In this document: positions 1 to 7,947 of the stretch, piece by piece
Layout of the letters: every line of letters starts with the position of its first letter
How positions within the stretch are numbered: the stretch's first letter is position 1
IMG/VR virus record: IMGVR_UViG_3300038393_001263
Location: 9,616 to 73,615 of that record
DNA length: 64,000 nt
From: a virus
Taxonomy: Duplodnaviria > Caudoviricetes
Direction: 5' to 3' (one strand)
Translations under genes and position numbers: made by a program
Notes under the pieces: generated by a model
Databases searched by the model: none
What the model was told of the DNA's origin: nothing
What the model saw: the letters and a program-made list of their open reading frames with translations, nothing else

Positions 1-103
1 GGGACTACAGCCTTAACATCGCCGGGCCTCGCGAATCGACGCAGCCTGGAATCGGCGAGCGAGCGGAAGCGTTCCTGGTCGAGTTGTTCAAGGAACTGGC
101 GAA

Positions 104-460
104 GTGAAGCTATTCAATAGGCGTCCCCTGCTCTCCGAACTTCGCAAACTCGCGGACCTTGAGGCCAACTGGGATGGCTATCAGGCCGACCCGATCGACC
201 CCGACATCCTCAAGGCGGCCGAGCGGATCGCCGAGACGATGCCGCTGTTCGCCGGGTTGCCGTCGGTGGTGCCGATGACGCGCGGGCGTCTTCAGTTCGA
301 GTGGCACAAGGGGAGTCGATCACTGGAGATCGAGGTCGAAGACCCGGAAACTATCCACTGGTTGAAGTTCGACACCGAAGGAATCGAAGAGGAGGCTACG
401 GCGTCCTCGTATGACACGCAGGCTATTTACGACCTGCTCAACTGGTTCATCTCTTCCTGA
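104..460 (+). CDS. hypothetical protein
   Basis: 118-aa ORF with coding-like composition; no motif recognised. Confidence 0.6.
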   Translation: MKLFNRRPLLSELRKLADLEANWDGYQADPIDPDILKAAERIAETMPLFAGLPSVVPMTRGRLQFEWHKGSRSLEIEVEDPETIHWLKFDTEGIEEEATASSYDTQAIYDLLNWFISS

Positions 461-472
461 AAGGTAGTTCTC

Positions 473-709
473 ATGCTTGTCAAGCTCGGCAGTCATTGGA
501 TCGATCCATCCAACGTCCGGTATATCAAGTGTTACGAAGCGAACAGTGATTGGGACGTCAAGCAGGGGACGAATGGCCCGCGAGTTGTCGTCGCCATGAA
601 GGACGCCAACGAGAACATCGTCATGCTCGGTGCCCAAGAACTCGCCGACGTGTATGCCGAGAGAGTCAACCTGGAGTTGAGACGCAGGGAGAGCCTGGAC
701 CCAAGTTGA
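473..709 (+). CDS. hypothetical protein
   Basis: 78-aa ORF co-directional with neighbours. Confidence 0.55.
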   Translation: MLVKLGSHWIDPSNVRYIKCYEANSDWDVKQGTNGPRVVVAMKDANENIVMLGAQELADVYAERVNLELRRRESLDPS

Positions 710-769
710 CTCGCAGCGATCTGTTTTTCTCTCGAATTACCATCCCAACGTTTTCTGAAAGGATAGAGC

Positions 770-1405
770 ATGAGTTGCCCTAATTGCGGATGCCAGGAAC
801 TCAACGCCTACGTTTTGCTCGACCGCAGCGGGTCGATGGCGAGCCGTTGGTCTGAGGCTCTGGGGTCTATCAACGCCTACGTCAAGGAACTAGCCAAGGG
901 ATCGGCGAAGGTGACGCTGGCGACGTTCGACACCGTCGACACCCTGAAGTTCGACGTGCTTCGCGACGCGGTTCCGGCCGGCGACTGGAAGGACGTGACC
1001 GATCAGGACGCGGTGCCGCGCGGCGGAACTCCCCTGTTCGACGCCCTGATTCGCGCCGTCTCGCTCGCCGAGTCTGCGAACTCGGGCAAGACGGTTCTCG
1101 TCGTCATGACGGACGGTGCCGAGAACACCAGTCGCGAGGCGACCAAGGCTACGGCGAAGGCGGCGATCGACCGCTGCAAGTCGAAGGGCTGGGAGGTCAT
1201 CTTCCTTGGTGCCGACTTCAACGCGTTCGGCGAGGCGTCGTCGGTCGGCGTCGGATTCTCGAAGGTGATGTCCATGAGCGCCGGCAATTACGTCCAGACG
1301 ATGTCGGATCTCGGTGCCAAGTCGAGAGCCTACGTCGAGGCGAACGCCGCGATCGACTTCACGGACGAAGACCGTCTTGTAGCGACGGGCGGCGGGTCGA
1401 AGTAG
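770..1405 (+). CDS. stand-alone von Willebrand factor A (vWA) domain protein
   Basis: MIDAS motif DRSGSM, GGTPL, VVMTDG.EN; short N-terminal CPNCGC. Confidence 0.85.
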   Translation: MSCPNCGCQELNAYVLLDRSGSMASRWSEALGSINAYVKELAKGSAKVTLATFDTVDTLKFDVLRDAVPAGDWKDVTDQDAVPRGGTPLFDALIRAVSLAESANSGKTVLVVMTDGAENTSREATKATAKAAIDRCKSKGWEVIFLGADFNAFGEASSVGVGFSKVMSMSAGNYVQTMSDLGAKSRAYVEANAAIDFTDEDRLVATGGGSK

Positions 1406-1439
1406 GAAGTCCAGTGACCGCGAAATCTTGATCCATGAC

Positions 1440-1474
1440 CCTCGCCGCGATGGACCGCCGCGAGGTTTTCTTTT
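1440..1474 (+). terminator. putative intrinsic terminator
   Basis: CCTCGC...GCGAGG stem followed by TTTTCTTTT. Confidence 0.55.
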
Positions 1475-1583
1475 GGATAGTCATTTCAGTCTTAACTGAA
1501 ACTACAGACAGTTCAGAAATTTCTAAAATCAGTGATAAGTGGCATTGATGAAACGACTTGCGAAATCGAAAATGTAAACAAGC

Positions 1584-2147
1584 TTGTTCGGAAAGCGAAT
1601 TCGACCCCTTAGAGGTATAGGGAGGTCGCGGAATTTGGCTAGTTGGATTCGCAAGAACAAGGGTGCAGTCAGTCGCTTCCACGAGGAAGACGACGAGGAC
1701 TCGCGCAACGTTCATGCGGGCCACGACCCCGACGACGGCGAACAGATCGACCGCCCCGACGGCATCGAGCCGCTTGAGGCTGACGCCTTCCTTCGCCTGC
1801 GGGCGCACCTCTGGTCCGACCTGCATTCGATCGGCTGCTCGTACCGTCGCATCGCCAAACTGTTCGGCGTCTACAAGGAACTGGTTGAACAGGCGATCAA
1901 GGACGTCCCCGACTTCATTCGGGTGGATCGCCGTCCCGCCGAGCGATACTTCGACCGCCTTCGCGCGGTGATGGCTCAGGAGCCGAAGAACATCGCCGAG
2001 TTCGCCGAGTTGATGCAACGCCAAGCCGGCACGCTCGGCCTCGAAGGCGGCATCCTCGGCGGCATGGGTATCCGCAGGAACTCGGTCGAAACGATCATCG
2101 GCTCCCCGCGCAAGTCGCAGGCCAGGAAGTTCAAGGCGAGCGAATGA
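1584..2147 (+). CDS. putative HTH DNA-binding protein (start uncertain)
   Basis: SYRRIAKLFGVYKELVEQAIK is HTH-like; follows an AT-rich region. Confidence 0.45.
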   Translation: MFGKRIRPLRGIGRSRNLASWIRKNKGAVSRFHEEDDEDSRNVHAGHDPDDGEQIDRPDGIEPLEADAFLRLRAHLWSDLHSIGCSYRRIAKLFGVYKELVEQAIKDVPDFIRVDRRPAERYFDRLRAVMAQEPKNIAEFAELMQRQAGTLGLEGGILGGMGIRRNSVETIIGSPRKSQARKFKASE

Positions 2148-2536
2148 AATACAAGAATCCGTTCGCGAACTTCGAGCCGCCCGCGCCGCCCGTTCCGGGG
2201 CCGCAACTCACGCCCATGTTCGGCTCGTCCGGCAAGGCGTTGAAGTTGTTGAAGTGCACCGACATTCACCCGTGCCGGTGCTTCCGGGCGAACGGCGTCG
2301 CGGATCGCAAGTGCGAACTCTGCGGTGGAACCGGGGTCGCGGAGATCCCCAAGGGATCTCGCCTCTACTGCCCGGTCGACGGCTGCGACAAGTCGGGCAT
2401 GGACCACCTGCCGATCATGCAGCGCGATCCCGCGACCGACCCCAAGCCAGAGCCCAAGAATCCCGCCCCGGACGCCTCGTCCGAACCGAACAAGCCGAAC
2501 CGCAAGGCCAAGCGGAAGGCTCTCCAGCCCGCCTAG
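2144..2536 (+). CDS. hypothetical Cys-rich protein
   Basis: CxC, CxxCxGxG and CPxxxC motifs; ATGA overlap with previous ORF. Confidence 0.55.
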   Translation: MKYKNPFANFEPPAPPVPGPQLTPMFGSSGKALKLLKCTDIHPCRCFRANGVADRKCELCGGTGVAEIPKGSRLYCPVDGCDKSGMDHLPIMQRDPATDPKPEPKNPAPDASSEPNKPNRKAKRKALQPA

Positions 2537-2540
2537 TCCA

Positions 2541-2644
2541 GAGCCGGCGCAGCCGGCGTTCGTTACGCCGCGCTTTTAGATCTCGCGCGCCTTTATACAG
2601 CGGGGATATGTTGTCGGCCGACCGAGCGTCGGCTGCGCCGGCTC
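2541..2644. repeat. 18-bp inverted repeat upstream of the late operon
   Basis: GAGCCGGCGCAGCCGGCG (2541-2558) vs CGTCGGCTGCGCCGGCTC (2627-2644); 17/18 Watson-Crick plus one G:T. Confidence 0.75.
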
Positions 2645-2671
2645 CACGTCAACACCAAGAAGGTGAACGTC

Positions 2672-2881
2672 ATGGCAGTTTTTGAAGACCGCATCGCTGA
2701 AATCAAGGCCGAGTTCGGCAACTACAAGAACCGCGTCGCCGCCTCGATCGCGGACAAAGAGTCGCAGATCGCCGAGGCCGAAAAAAAGTTGCAGGATGCT
2801 GCGGCCTCTGCCGTGCCGTTGGACGCGTTCGTCGCCTTCTGCGACGAATTGCTCGCGGACATCAAGGGGGCCTCGTCATGA
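2672..2881 (+). CDS. small coiled-coil protein
   Basis: heptad-like RIAEIKAEF...IAEAEKKLQ. Confidence 0.6.
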   Translation: MAVFEDRIAEIKAEFGNYKNRVAASIADKESQIAEAEKKLQDAAASAVPLDAFVAFCDELLADIKGASS

Positions 2882-3450
2882 GCGATCCCGCTCCGACGCC
2901 TGCGCCCGTCCAGGTCAGGACGTTCAGTTGGTACGACGAACTGAAGTCGGTCGTCATGGGGTTCGCGCTGGGCGTCGCCCTTTCGGGCCATGTGACGCCG
3001 GCCCCGACGCCCATTCCCGTTCCGCCGCCCGTCCCGTCTCCGACTCCGATCCCCGCGCCGATCCCGCCGCCCGTCCCCGAATGGGGGCCTCTGGCGAAGA
3101 TCATCATCATGTATGAGTCGAGCAAGTTGACCGGCTATGAGGTCTTCTACACTCAGACCGTCCGCGACGCCCTGAACCAGATCGCGCCGCCCGACTCGAC
3201 GCAGACGCCCTCGTGGCGGATCTGGGACCAGAACGTGGACGCCAGCCGCGAGCCGACGTGGGCCGACGCAGTCACCAAGGCCAAGGCGGATTTCGCCGCC
3301 CTGTCCTTCAATATCGTCAGCGTGTTCAGCGCCTCATCCGACCCGATCCTCTACGCGTTCGACGCGTCCGGCAAGATGAAGTCGATCCCGCTGAAGGGCC
3401 TGTCCGACGCGGACGCCGTCGCGAAGATCAAGGCCCTTGGGGGGAAGTGA
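2878..3450 (+). CDS. membrane-anchored protein with Pro-rich linker
   Basis: hydrophobic VVMGFALGVALSG, PTPIPVPP linker, C-terminal globular domain. Confidence 0.65.
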   Translation: MSDPAPTPAPVQVRTFSWYDELKSVVMGFALGVALSGHVTPAPTPIPVPPPVPSPTPIPAPIPPPVPEWGPLAKIIIMYESSKLTGYEVFYTQTVRDALNQIAPPDSTQTPSWRIWDQNVDASREPTWADAVTKAKADFAALSFNIVSVFSASSDPILYAFDASGKMKSIPLKGLSDADAVAKIKALGGK

Positions 3451-3451
3451 C

Positions 3452-4234
3452 GTGTCGAAGCTTTTCGTCATCGACGACTCGACCCCCATCGACAAGATCG
3501 CCCACCCCGAGTTCGGATGGAACTCCGGTCGCGGTCTCGACCTGTCTGCAAGGGGCGCCGAAGGCTACGCGGGTGTCGCCGATCCGTTCCCCGCCGATCT
3601 CGTGATTCCCCGATCCGAGTGGCAGGCGCGGATCCAGGAACGACAGGAACGCAAGGCGACGCTCAAGGGCAACCTTCGGGCGGCCGGGATCAAGGTTAAG
3701 AACCAGCAGCAGACCCCGTATTGCTGGGTCAACGCCCCGACCTTCGCCACCGAGGCCGTTCGGTTCCTCCAGGGACAGAAGTATGTCGTGCTCTCGCCCG
3801 CCAGCGCTGGGGCGCAGATCAAGAACTTCCGCGCCGTCGGGGGATGGGGCAAGGAAGCCCTCGAATGGATCGTGGCCAAGGGGCTCGTCCCCGTCGACAA
3901 GTGGCCCGCCAACGCGATCGACCGCCAGTACGCGACGGCCGAGAACAAGCAGATCGCGCTCAACTACCGGGTCGACGAGTGGTGGGAGCTTGAGCCCGGC
4001 AACATCGACCATCTCGTCTCGGTCCTGCTGCGCGGCCTGCCTGTGCCCATCGGCCTGAACTGGTGGGGCCACGAGGTCACGGCCGTCGACCCGCTCTGGG
4101 TCGATGGCGACATCGCCATTCAGTTCGCCAATAGTTGGGGCGAGGCTTGGGGCGACAACGGGTACGGCGTGCTGCAAGGCCGTCGAATGTACCCGGACGA
4201 CGCCGTGGCTCCTCGAACCGCGATCGCCGCCTAA
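3452..4234 (+). CDS. papain-like (C1) cysteine peptidase, candidate lysis enzyme
   Basis: Q-x5-CW (NQQQTPYCW), GHEV catalytic His, NSWG..WGDNGYG catalytic Asn. Confidence 0.8.
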   Translation: MSKLFVIDDSTPIDKIAHPEFGWNSGRGLDLSARGAEGYAGVADPFPADLVIPRSEWQARIQERQERKATLKGNLRAAGIKVKNQQQTPYCWVNAPTFATEAVRFLQGQKYVVLSPASAGAQIKNFRAVGGWGKEALEWIVAKGLVPVDKWPANAIDRQYATAENKQIALNYRVDEWWELEPGNIDHLVSVLLRGLPVPIGLNWWGHEVTAVDPLWVDGDIAIQFANSWGEAWGDNGYGVLQGRRMYPDDAVAPRTAIAA

Positions 4235-4247
4235 CCCCACGGTGCGT

Positions 4248-4535
4248 ATGGCGCTCAACGTCAACGTCAACGTTTACCACTCCCTCTCGCCAGCACTGGA
4301 AGCCATCGTCATGGGAAAGATCGACGACCTGAACGCGAAGTTGGACGCTCTTGACGCCGCGCTGGATCAAGAGAAGTCCGAGGCCGGCGGGCTGACGGCC
4401 GAGATCGCCGACCTGAAGGCGAAGCTCGCCAGCGGCCTGAGCGCCGACGAGGCGGCTGCGGTCGAAGCCAAGATCGACGCGCTGCTCGCCAAGGTTCCCG
4501 GCACCGTCACCCCCGACGCGCCGCCCGCCGCCTGA
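4248..4535 (+). CDS. small coiled-coil protein
   Basis: KIDDLNAKLDALDAALD heptads. Confidence 0.6.
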   Translation: MALNVNVNVYHSLSPALEAIVMGKIDDLNAKLDALDAALDQEKSEAGGLTAEIADLKAKLASGLSADEAAAVEAKIDALLAKVPGTVTPDAPPAA

Positions 4536-4647
4536 TCTTACATCCCCGCCGATTTCGATCGTCGGGCAGCGCCGGGTTCGTCGGGATCGCCGATGAGCCC
4601 GGCAGCTTTCATTTCCAGTTCATCCATGCCCGACAGGAGAGTCCGCA

Positions 4648-4857
4648 ATGTGGATCAAGGTCGCTCAGTTCGCCCTGCAAATCGCCATCATGGCCGTCGG
4701 CAAGGTGTCGCCCGCGCAGTGGGCTCAACTTGGGGTCGTCATCCAGTCCTGGCTCCAGACGATCATCGAGAAACTGCCGGTCGGCCATCCCCTGATCACG
4801 ATGACGAGTTCCTTCCGCGCCCCGCTCTCGAAACTCCAGCCGCCCGACAAGGGTTGA
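4648..4857 (+). CDS. small amphipathic protein (holin-like candidate)
   Basis: AGGAGA SD before ATG; hydrophobic helices. Confidence 0.5.
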   Translation: MWIKVAQFALQIAIMAVGKVSPAQWAQLGVVIQSWLQTIIEKLPVGHPLITMTSSFRAPLSKLQPPDKG

Positions 4858-4858
4858 C

Positions 4859-5041
4859 GTGGACGTCCTCGTGCTGCTCGCCCTGATGGTCCTGATAGCC
4901 GTGTACGTGCCGGCGATCGACATGATGGGCGAGCCGTGTTTCAACGCCGATGTGTTCTGGATGGCGGTCCTGATCGGTCTCCTCGCTGCAATCACCTGCT
5001 ACGTGATTCGCGCGGTATGGCGTCGGTCGACGGGGAGATGA
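4859..5041 (+). CDS. small 2-TM protein (holin candidate)
   Basis: two hydrophobic segments and basic C-terminus VWRRSTGR. Confidence 0.5.
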   Translation: MDVLVLLALMVLIAVYVPAIDMMGEPCFNADVFWMAVLIGLLAAITCYVIRAVWRRSTGR

Positions 5042-5044
5042 ATC

Positions 5045-5455
5045 ATGGAGTCGATTTCGAGCGGCAAGGCTTTCCTGGCCAGCCTCGTCACCGGCATTCC
5101 GACGGGCGTGTTCGCCGCGATCAATGGAGAGTCCGTGTCCGTCGCGATCGGAGCGGGAACCGCCGTCATCATGTTCCTGTTCTCGATCCGCAACACGGCG
5201 AACGACCAGTACATCAAGGGCCTGAACACGCAGATTCAGGAAGCCTCCGAGGCCCGGCGCAAGGAGAGCGAGGCGCATATCGCCGAGTTGGCCGCGCTCC
5301 GCATGGAAATCTCGGACTTCAAGGTCCAGGTCCACTCAATGCAGACCAACGGCGACCAGGCGAAGAAGACGCTGGCGGCCCACTCCTGCCCGCAAGCCGC
5401 CGACCCCGCCGCCAAGTGCCGACTGCCCGAAACCCTCGCCTCGATCCTGTCGTGA
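5045..5455 (+). CDS. 2-TM plus coiled-coil protein (holin/spanin-like candidate)
   Basis: N-terminal TM segments followed by a long coiled coil. Confidence 0.5.
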   Translation: MESISSGKAFLASLVTGIPTGVFAAINGESVSVAIGAGTAVIMFLFSIRNTANDQYIKGLNTQIQEASEARRKESEAHIAELAALRMEISDFKVQVHSMQTNGDQAKKTLAAHSCPQAADPAAKCRLPETLASILS

Positions 5456-5467
5456 TGGGGTGACGCG

Positions 5468-5692
5468 ATGAACGAAGTCGAACGACAATGGCTGACGCTC
5501 GCCCTGATGGTGTCCATCGCCGCGTTCATTATCGCGTCCGACGTCTGGCTGACCAAGTTCTACGGCGTCAACTCGACGTACAGCCGCGTAGCCGCCGGCC
5601 TGTTCGATCGATATCCGGTGGCCCTCGTTGTCGTCGTGTTCGCCATCGGCGTGCTGATAGGCTACACGCTGCTCCCGACGCAATCGCGATAG
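5468..5692 (+). CDS. small 2-TM protein (holin candidate)
   Basis: two clear hydrophobic helices. Confidence 0.5.
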   Translation: MNEVERQWLTLALMVSIAAFIIASDVWLTKFYGVNSTYSRVAAGLFDRYPVALVVVVFAIGVLIGYTLLPTQSR

Positions 5693-5696
5693 CCCT

Positions 5697-6458
5697 ATGA
5701 CGCTGAACCACTACCAGCGACTCTTCCTGCACTACTACCTCGGCGACGCCAACGGCGACGAGGTCAAGGCCGCCGAGATGGCGGGCTATGGGCGCCCCGC
5801 GTTGATGGGGCCTCGGCTGCTCAAGAGCCGGTCGGTCTGCGCCGAACTCGCGAAGAAACTCGACGACGCCGGCGCGATGTCGAGCACCGAAATCCTCGCC
5901 AGGCTGTCGGCCATCGCCTCGCTGGACGTGATGGAGTTCGTCGAGTTCAAGACCGAGAAGAACCGCGCCGGCGAGGACGTCGAGAAGCCGTTCGTCAACC
6001 TCAAGAAGATCAAGAAGCTCAAGAAGGGCGGCTTGATCAAGGATCTCAAGATCCGCCCGAGCGGCGAGATCGAGATCAACCTCCACAACGCCGTGGACGC
6101 GATGGACAAACTGGCCAAGTACCACGGCCTGTTCAAAGAGCGGATCGAGATCGAGCATATTGGCGGTGGCATCGGGAATGACCGAATCATTGCAATCATT
6201 GGCGGGTTCGCTCAACTCGCGGGAGCGGTTGGCCCTGGAGCGGCATATCGCGAACCAGAGCCCGGCGGGCTACGCGGTGGTGGCGAGCAATGGGAAGTGG
6301 ATGCCCGCCCCGCACTTGAGGTTGATCAACCAACTCCTGCTGTGGATCGACCAGAGGGCGGTGGATCGCCTTGTGATCACCCTCGGCCCGAGGCACGGGA
6401 AATCCGAGCTGATCTCGAAATACTTCCCGGCATGGACGATCGGCCGGAAGCCGAATGA
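5697..6458 (+). CDS. terS: terminase small subunit
   Basis: N-terminal HTH (YQRLFLHYYL...KAAEMAGY), EILARLSAIA, EINLHNAVDAMDKLAKYHGLF; directly before TerL. Confidence 0.8.
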   Translation: MTLNHYQRLFLHYYLGDANGDEVKAAEMAGYGRPALMGPRLLKSRSVCAELAKKLDDAGAMSSTEILARLSAIASLDVMEFVEFKTEKNRAGEDVEKPFVNLKKIKKLKKGGLIKDLKIRPSGEIEINLHNAVDAMDKLAKYHGLFKERIEIEHIGGGIGNDRIIAIIGGFAQLAGAVGPGAAYREPEPGGLRGGGEQWEVDARPALEVDQPTPAVDRPEGGGSPCDHPRPEAREIRADLEILPGMDDRPEAE

Positions 6459-7023
6459 CCGCTACATCCTCGCCAGTTACGAGTCCGATTTCGCCGCCGA
6501 GTGGGGCCGCAAGGTCCGTGACCTGATCGACGACAACGGCCAGCGTTTGTTCGGCGTCAAGCTTCGCCAGGACAGCAAGGCGGCCGACCACTGGATGGTC
6601 GAAGGCGCGGTCGGCGGCATGCAGACATGCGGCGTCGGGGGAGCCTTGACTGGAAAAGGCGCAGACATATTAGCCATCGATGATCCATTTAAGAGCATCG
6701 ACGAGGCGAACAGCGAGACGATCCGGTCCAAGAAGATGGACTGGTTCCGCACCGCCGCCTACACGCGTCTTGAACCGACCGGCGCGATCATCATGGTCGC
6801 GACGCGGTGGCACGAGGAAGACATCACCGGCACCGTTCTCGAAGAGATGAAGGACGGCGGCGACCAGTGGACCTACCTCCATCTTCCTTCGCTGCACGAG
6901 GGCAAGGAGGTCTGGGCCGAACTGACGATCCCCGGCGAGCACGCCGAGCGGATCAAGGCTCACGAGGGGATGACGTTCAAGCAACTCAATACCTTCCTTG
7001 AGCACTGCCAGGCTGCGGCATGA
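6178..7023 (+). CDS. terL: terminase large subunit, N-terminal ATPase part
   Basis: Walker A LGPRHGKS, Walker B ILAIDDP, coupling motif ATRWHEED. Confidence 0.9.
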   Translation: MTESLQSLAGSLNSRERLALERHIANQSPAGYAVVASNGKWMPAPHLRLINQLLLWIDQRAVDRLVITLGPRHGKSELISKYFPAWTIGRKPNDRYILASYESDFAAEWGRKVRDLIDDNGQRLFGVKLRQDSKAADHWMVEGAVGGMQTCGVGGALTGKGADILAIDDPFKSIDEANSETIRSKKMDWFRTAAYTRLEPTGAIIMVATRWHEEDITGTVLEEMKDGGDQWTYLHLPSLHEGKEVWAELTIPGEHAERIKAHEGMTFKQLNTFLEHCQAAA

Positions 7024-7916
7024 GCGTCGAAATCGAAGACGACGACATCGAGACGCTGAAGCCTGTTAAGATCCGCATCAAGGTCCATGACGACGGGCCG
7101 GCGCTGTGGCCCGAGCGATTCTCGGCCAGGAAACTTCGCCAGACGGCGAAGACGATCGGGTCGTATTTCTTCGCGGCGCTCTACCAGGGTTCACCTTCGC
7201 CCGAAGGCGGCGGCCGGTTCAAGCGTTCGTGGTTCAAATACTACAAACTCCAGAACGGCTATCTCCGTCTCGACGGACGCTCTTTCCAGTTGGCCCACTG
7301 CCGAATATTCGGCTGCGTCGACCTCGCATTCGCGCTAAAGAAGGATTCGGACTACACGGTGATCGGTGCGTTCGCCGTCACCCCCGATTGCGACCTCGTC
7401 CTGCTCGATCTTCATCGTGAACGCATGACCGGAGACCAACTGGTCCCCGCGTGCCGGGCGATGGAGACGAAGTGGGGTTTCGTCTATATCGGGATCGAGG
7501 ACGTTCAGGCCCAAACGCTCGTCGTCCAGACGGCCCGAAAGCAAGGGCTTGTGGTCCGACCGCTCAAGGCCAACATGGACAAGGGCGAGCGGGCTATACC
7601 GTTGCAAATCTACATGGAAGCCGGCCAGGTTTGGTTTCCGTCGTCGCATCCCGAACTCGCCAACCTCGAACACGAACTCCTCACGTTTCCGCAGGGCGCG
7701 AAGGACGACACGGTCGACGTGCTCGCCTATGCCGGGCTCCAGATGCAGAAGTACGGCGCGGCCGCCATTCCACCTGAAGAACGAGCCCGCCTCGAACGCG
7801 AACGCCTCGAACGCGAGTGGCAGGCCAAGGTCGAACGCGACAAGGCCGCGCAAGCCGACTACGAACACCCCCGATGGTGGCAAGACGCATGGAGCGGAGA
7901 CGAGCATGACGATTAG
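7020..7916 (+). CDS. terL: terminase large subunit, C-terminal lid plus RNase H-like nuclease part
   Basis: ALWPERF...ALYQGSP lid segment; acidic motifs VDLAF, IEDVQ, DDTVD; ATGA overlap with the N-terminal part. Confidence 0.9.
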   Translation: MSVEIEDDDIETLKPVKIRIKVHDDGPALWPERFSARKLRQTAKTIGSYFFAALYQGSPSPEGGGRFKRSWFKYYKLQNGYLRLDGRSFQLAHCRIFGCVDLAFALKKDSDYTVIGAFAVTPDCDLVLLDLHRERMTGDQLVPACRAMETKWGFVYIGIEDVQAQTLVVQTARKQGLVVRPLKANMDKGERAIPLQIYMEAGQVWFPSSHPELANLEHELLTFPQGAKDDTVDVLAYAGLQMQKYGAAAIPPEERARLERERLEREWQAKVERDKAAQADYEHPRWWQDAWSGDEHDD

Positions 7917-7918
7917 TA

Positions 7919-7947
7919 TTGACTTTTGGCTATGATATAAGGATAAT
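7919..7947 (+). promoter_or_regulatory. sigma70-like promoter for tnpB
   Basis: TTGACT-17 nt-GATAAT. Confidence 0.65.

Noticed and set aside
1058-1069. 12-nt match of the TnpB guide (positions 4-15) to the minus strand of the vWA gene
   Set aside because: Guide positions 2-3 (seed) mismatch and the adjacent 5-mer is GCAGA rather than the candidate TTGAC; a GC-rich 12-mer match is plausible by chance.
1476-1620. AT-rich tract as replication origin
   Set aside because: No iterons or DnaA boxes seen and it is far from the replication genes; more simply a promoter region.
2990-3080. CCG-rich repeats (also 11010-11140) as a DNA repeat element
   Set aside because: Explained by proline-rich protein linkers.
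6890-7100. Split intein or ribosomal bypass explaining the terminase break
   Set aside because: No N-terminal Cys/Ser intein start or His-Asn plus Cys/Ser/Thr end; no matching landing codon in the correct frame after the stop.
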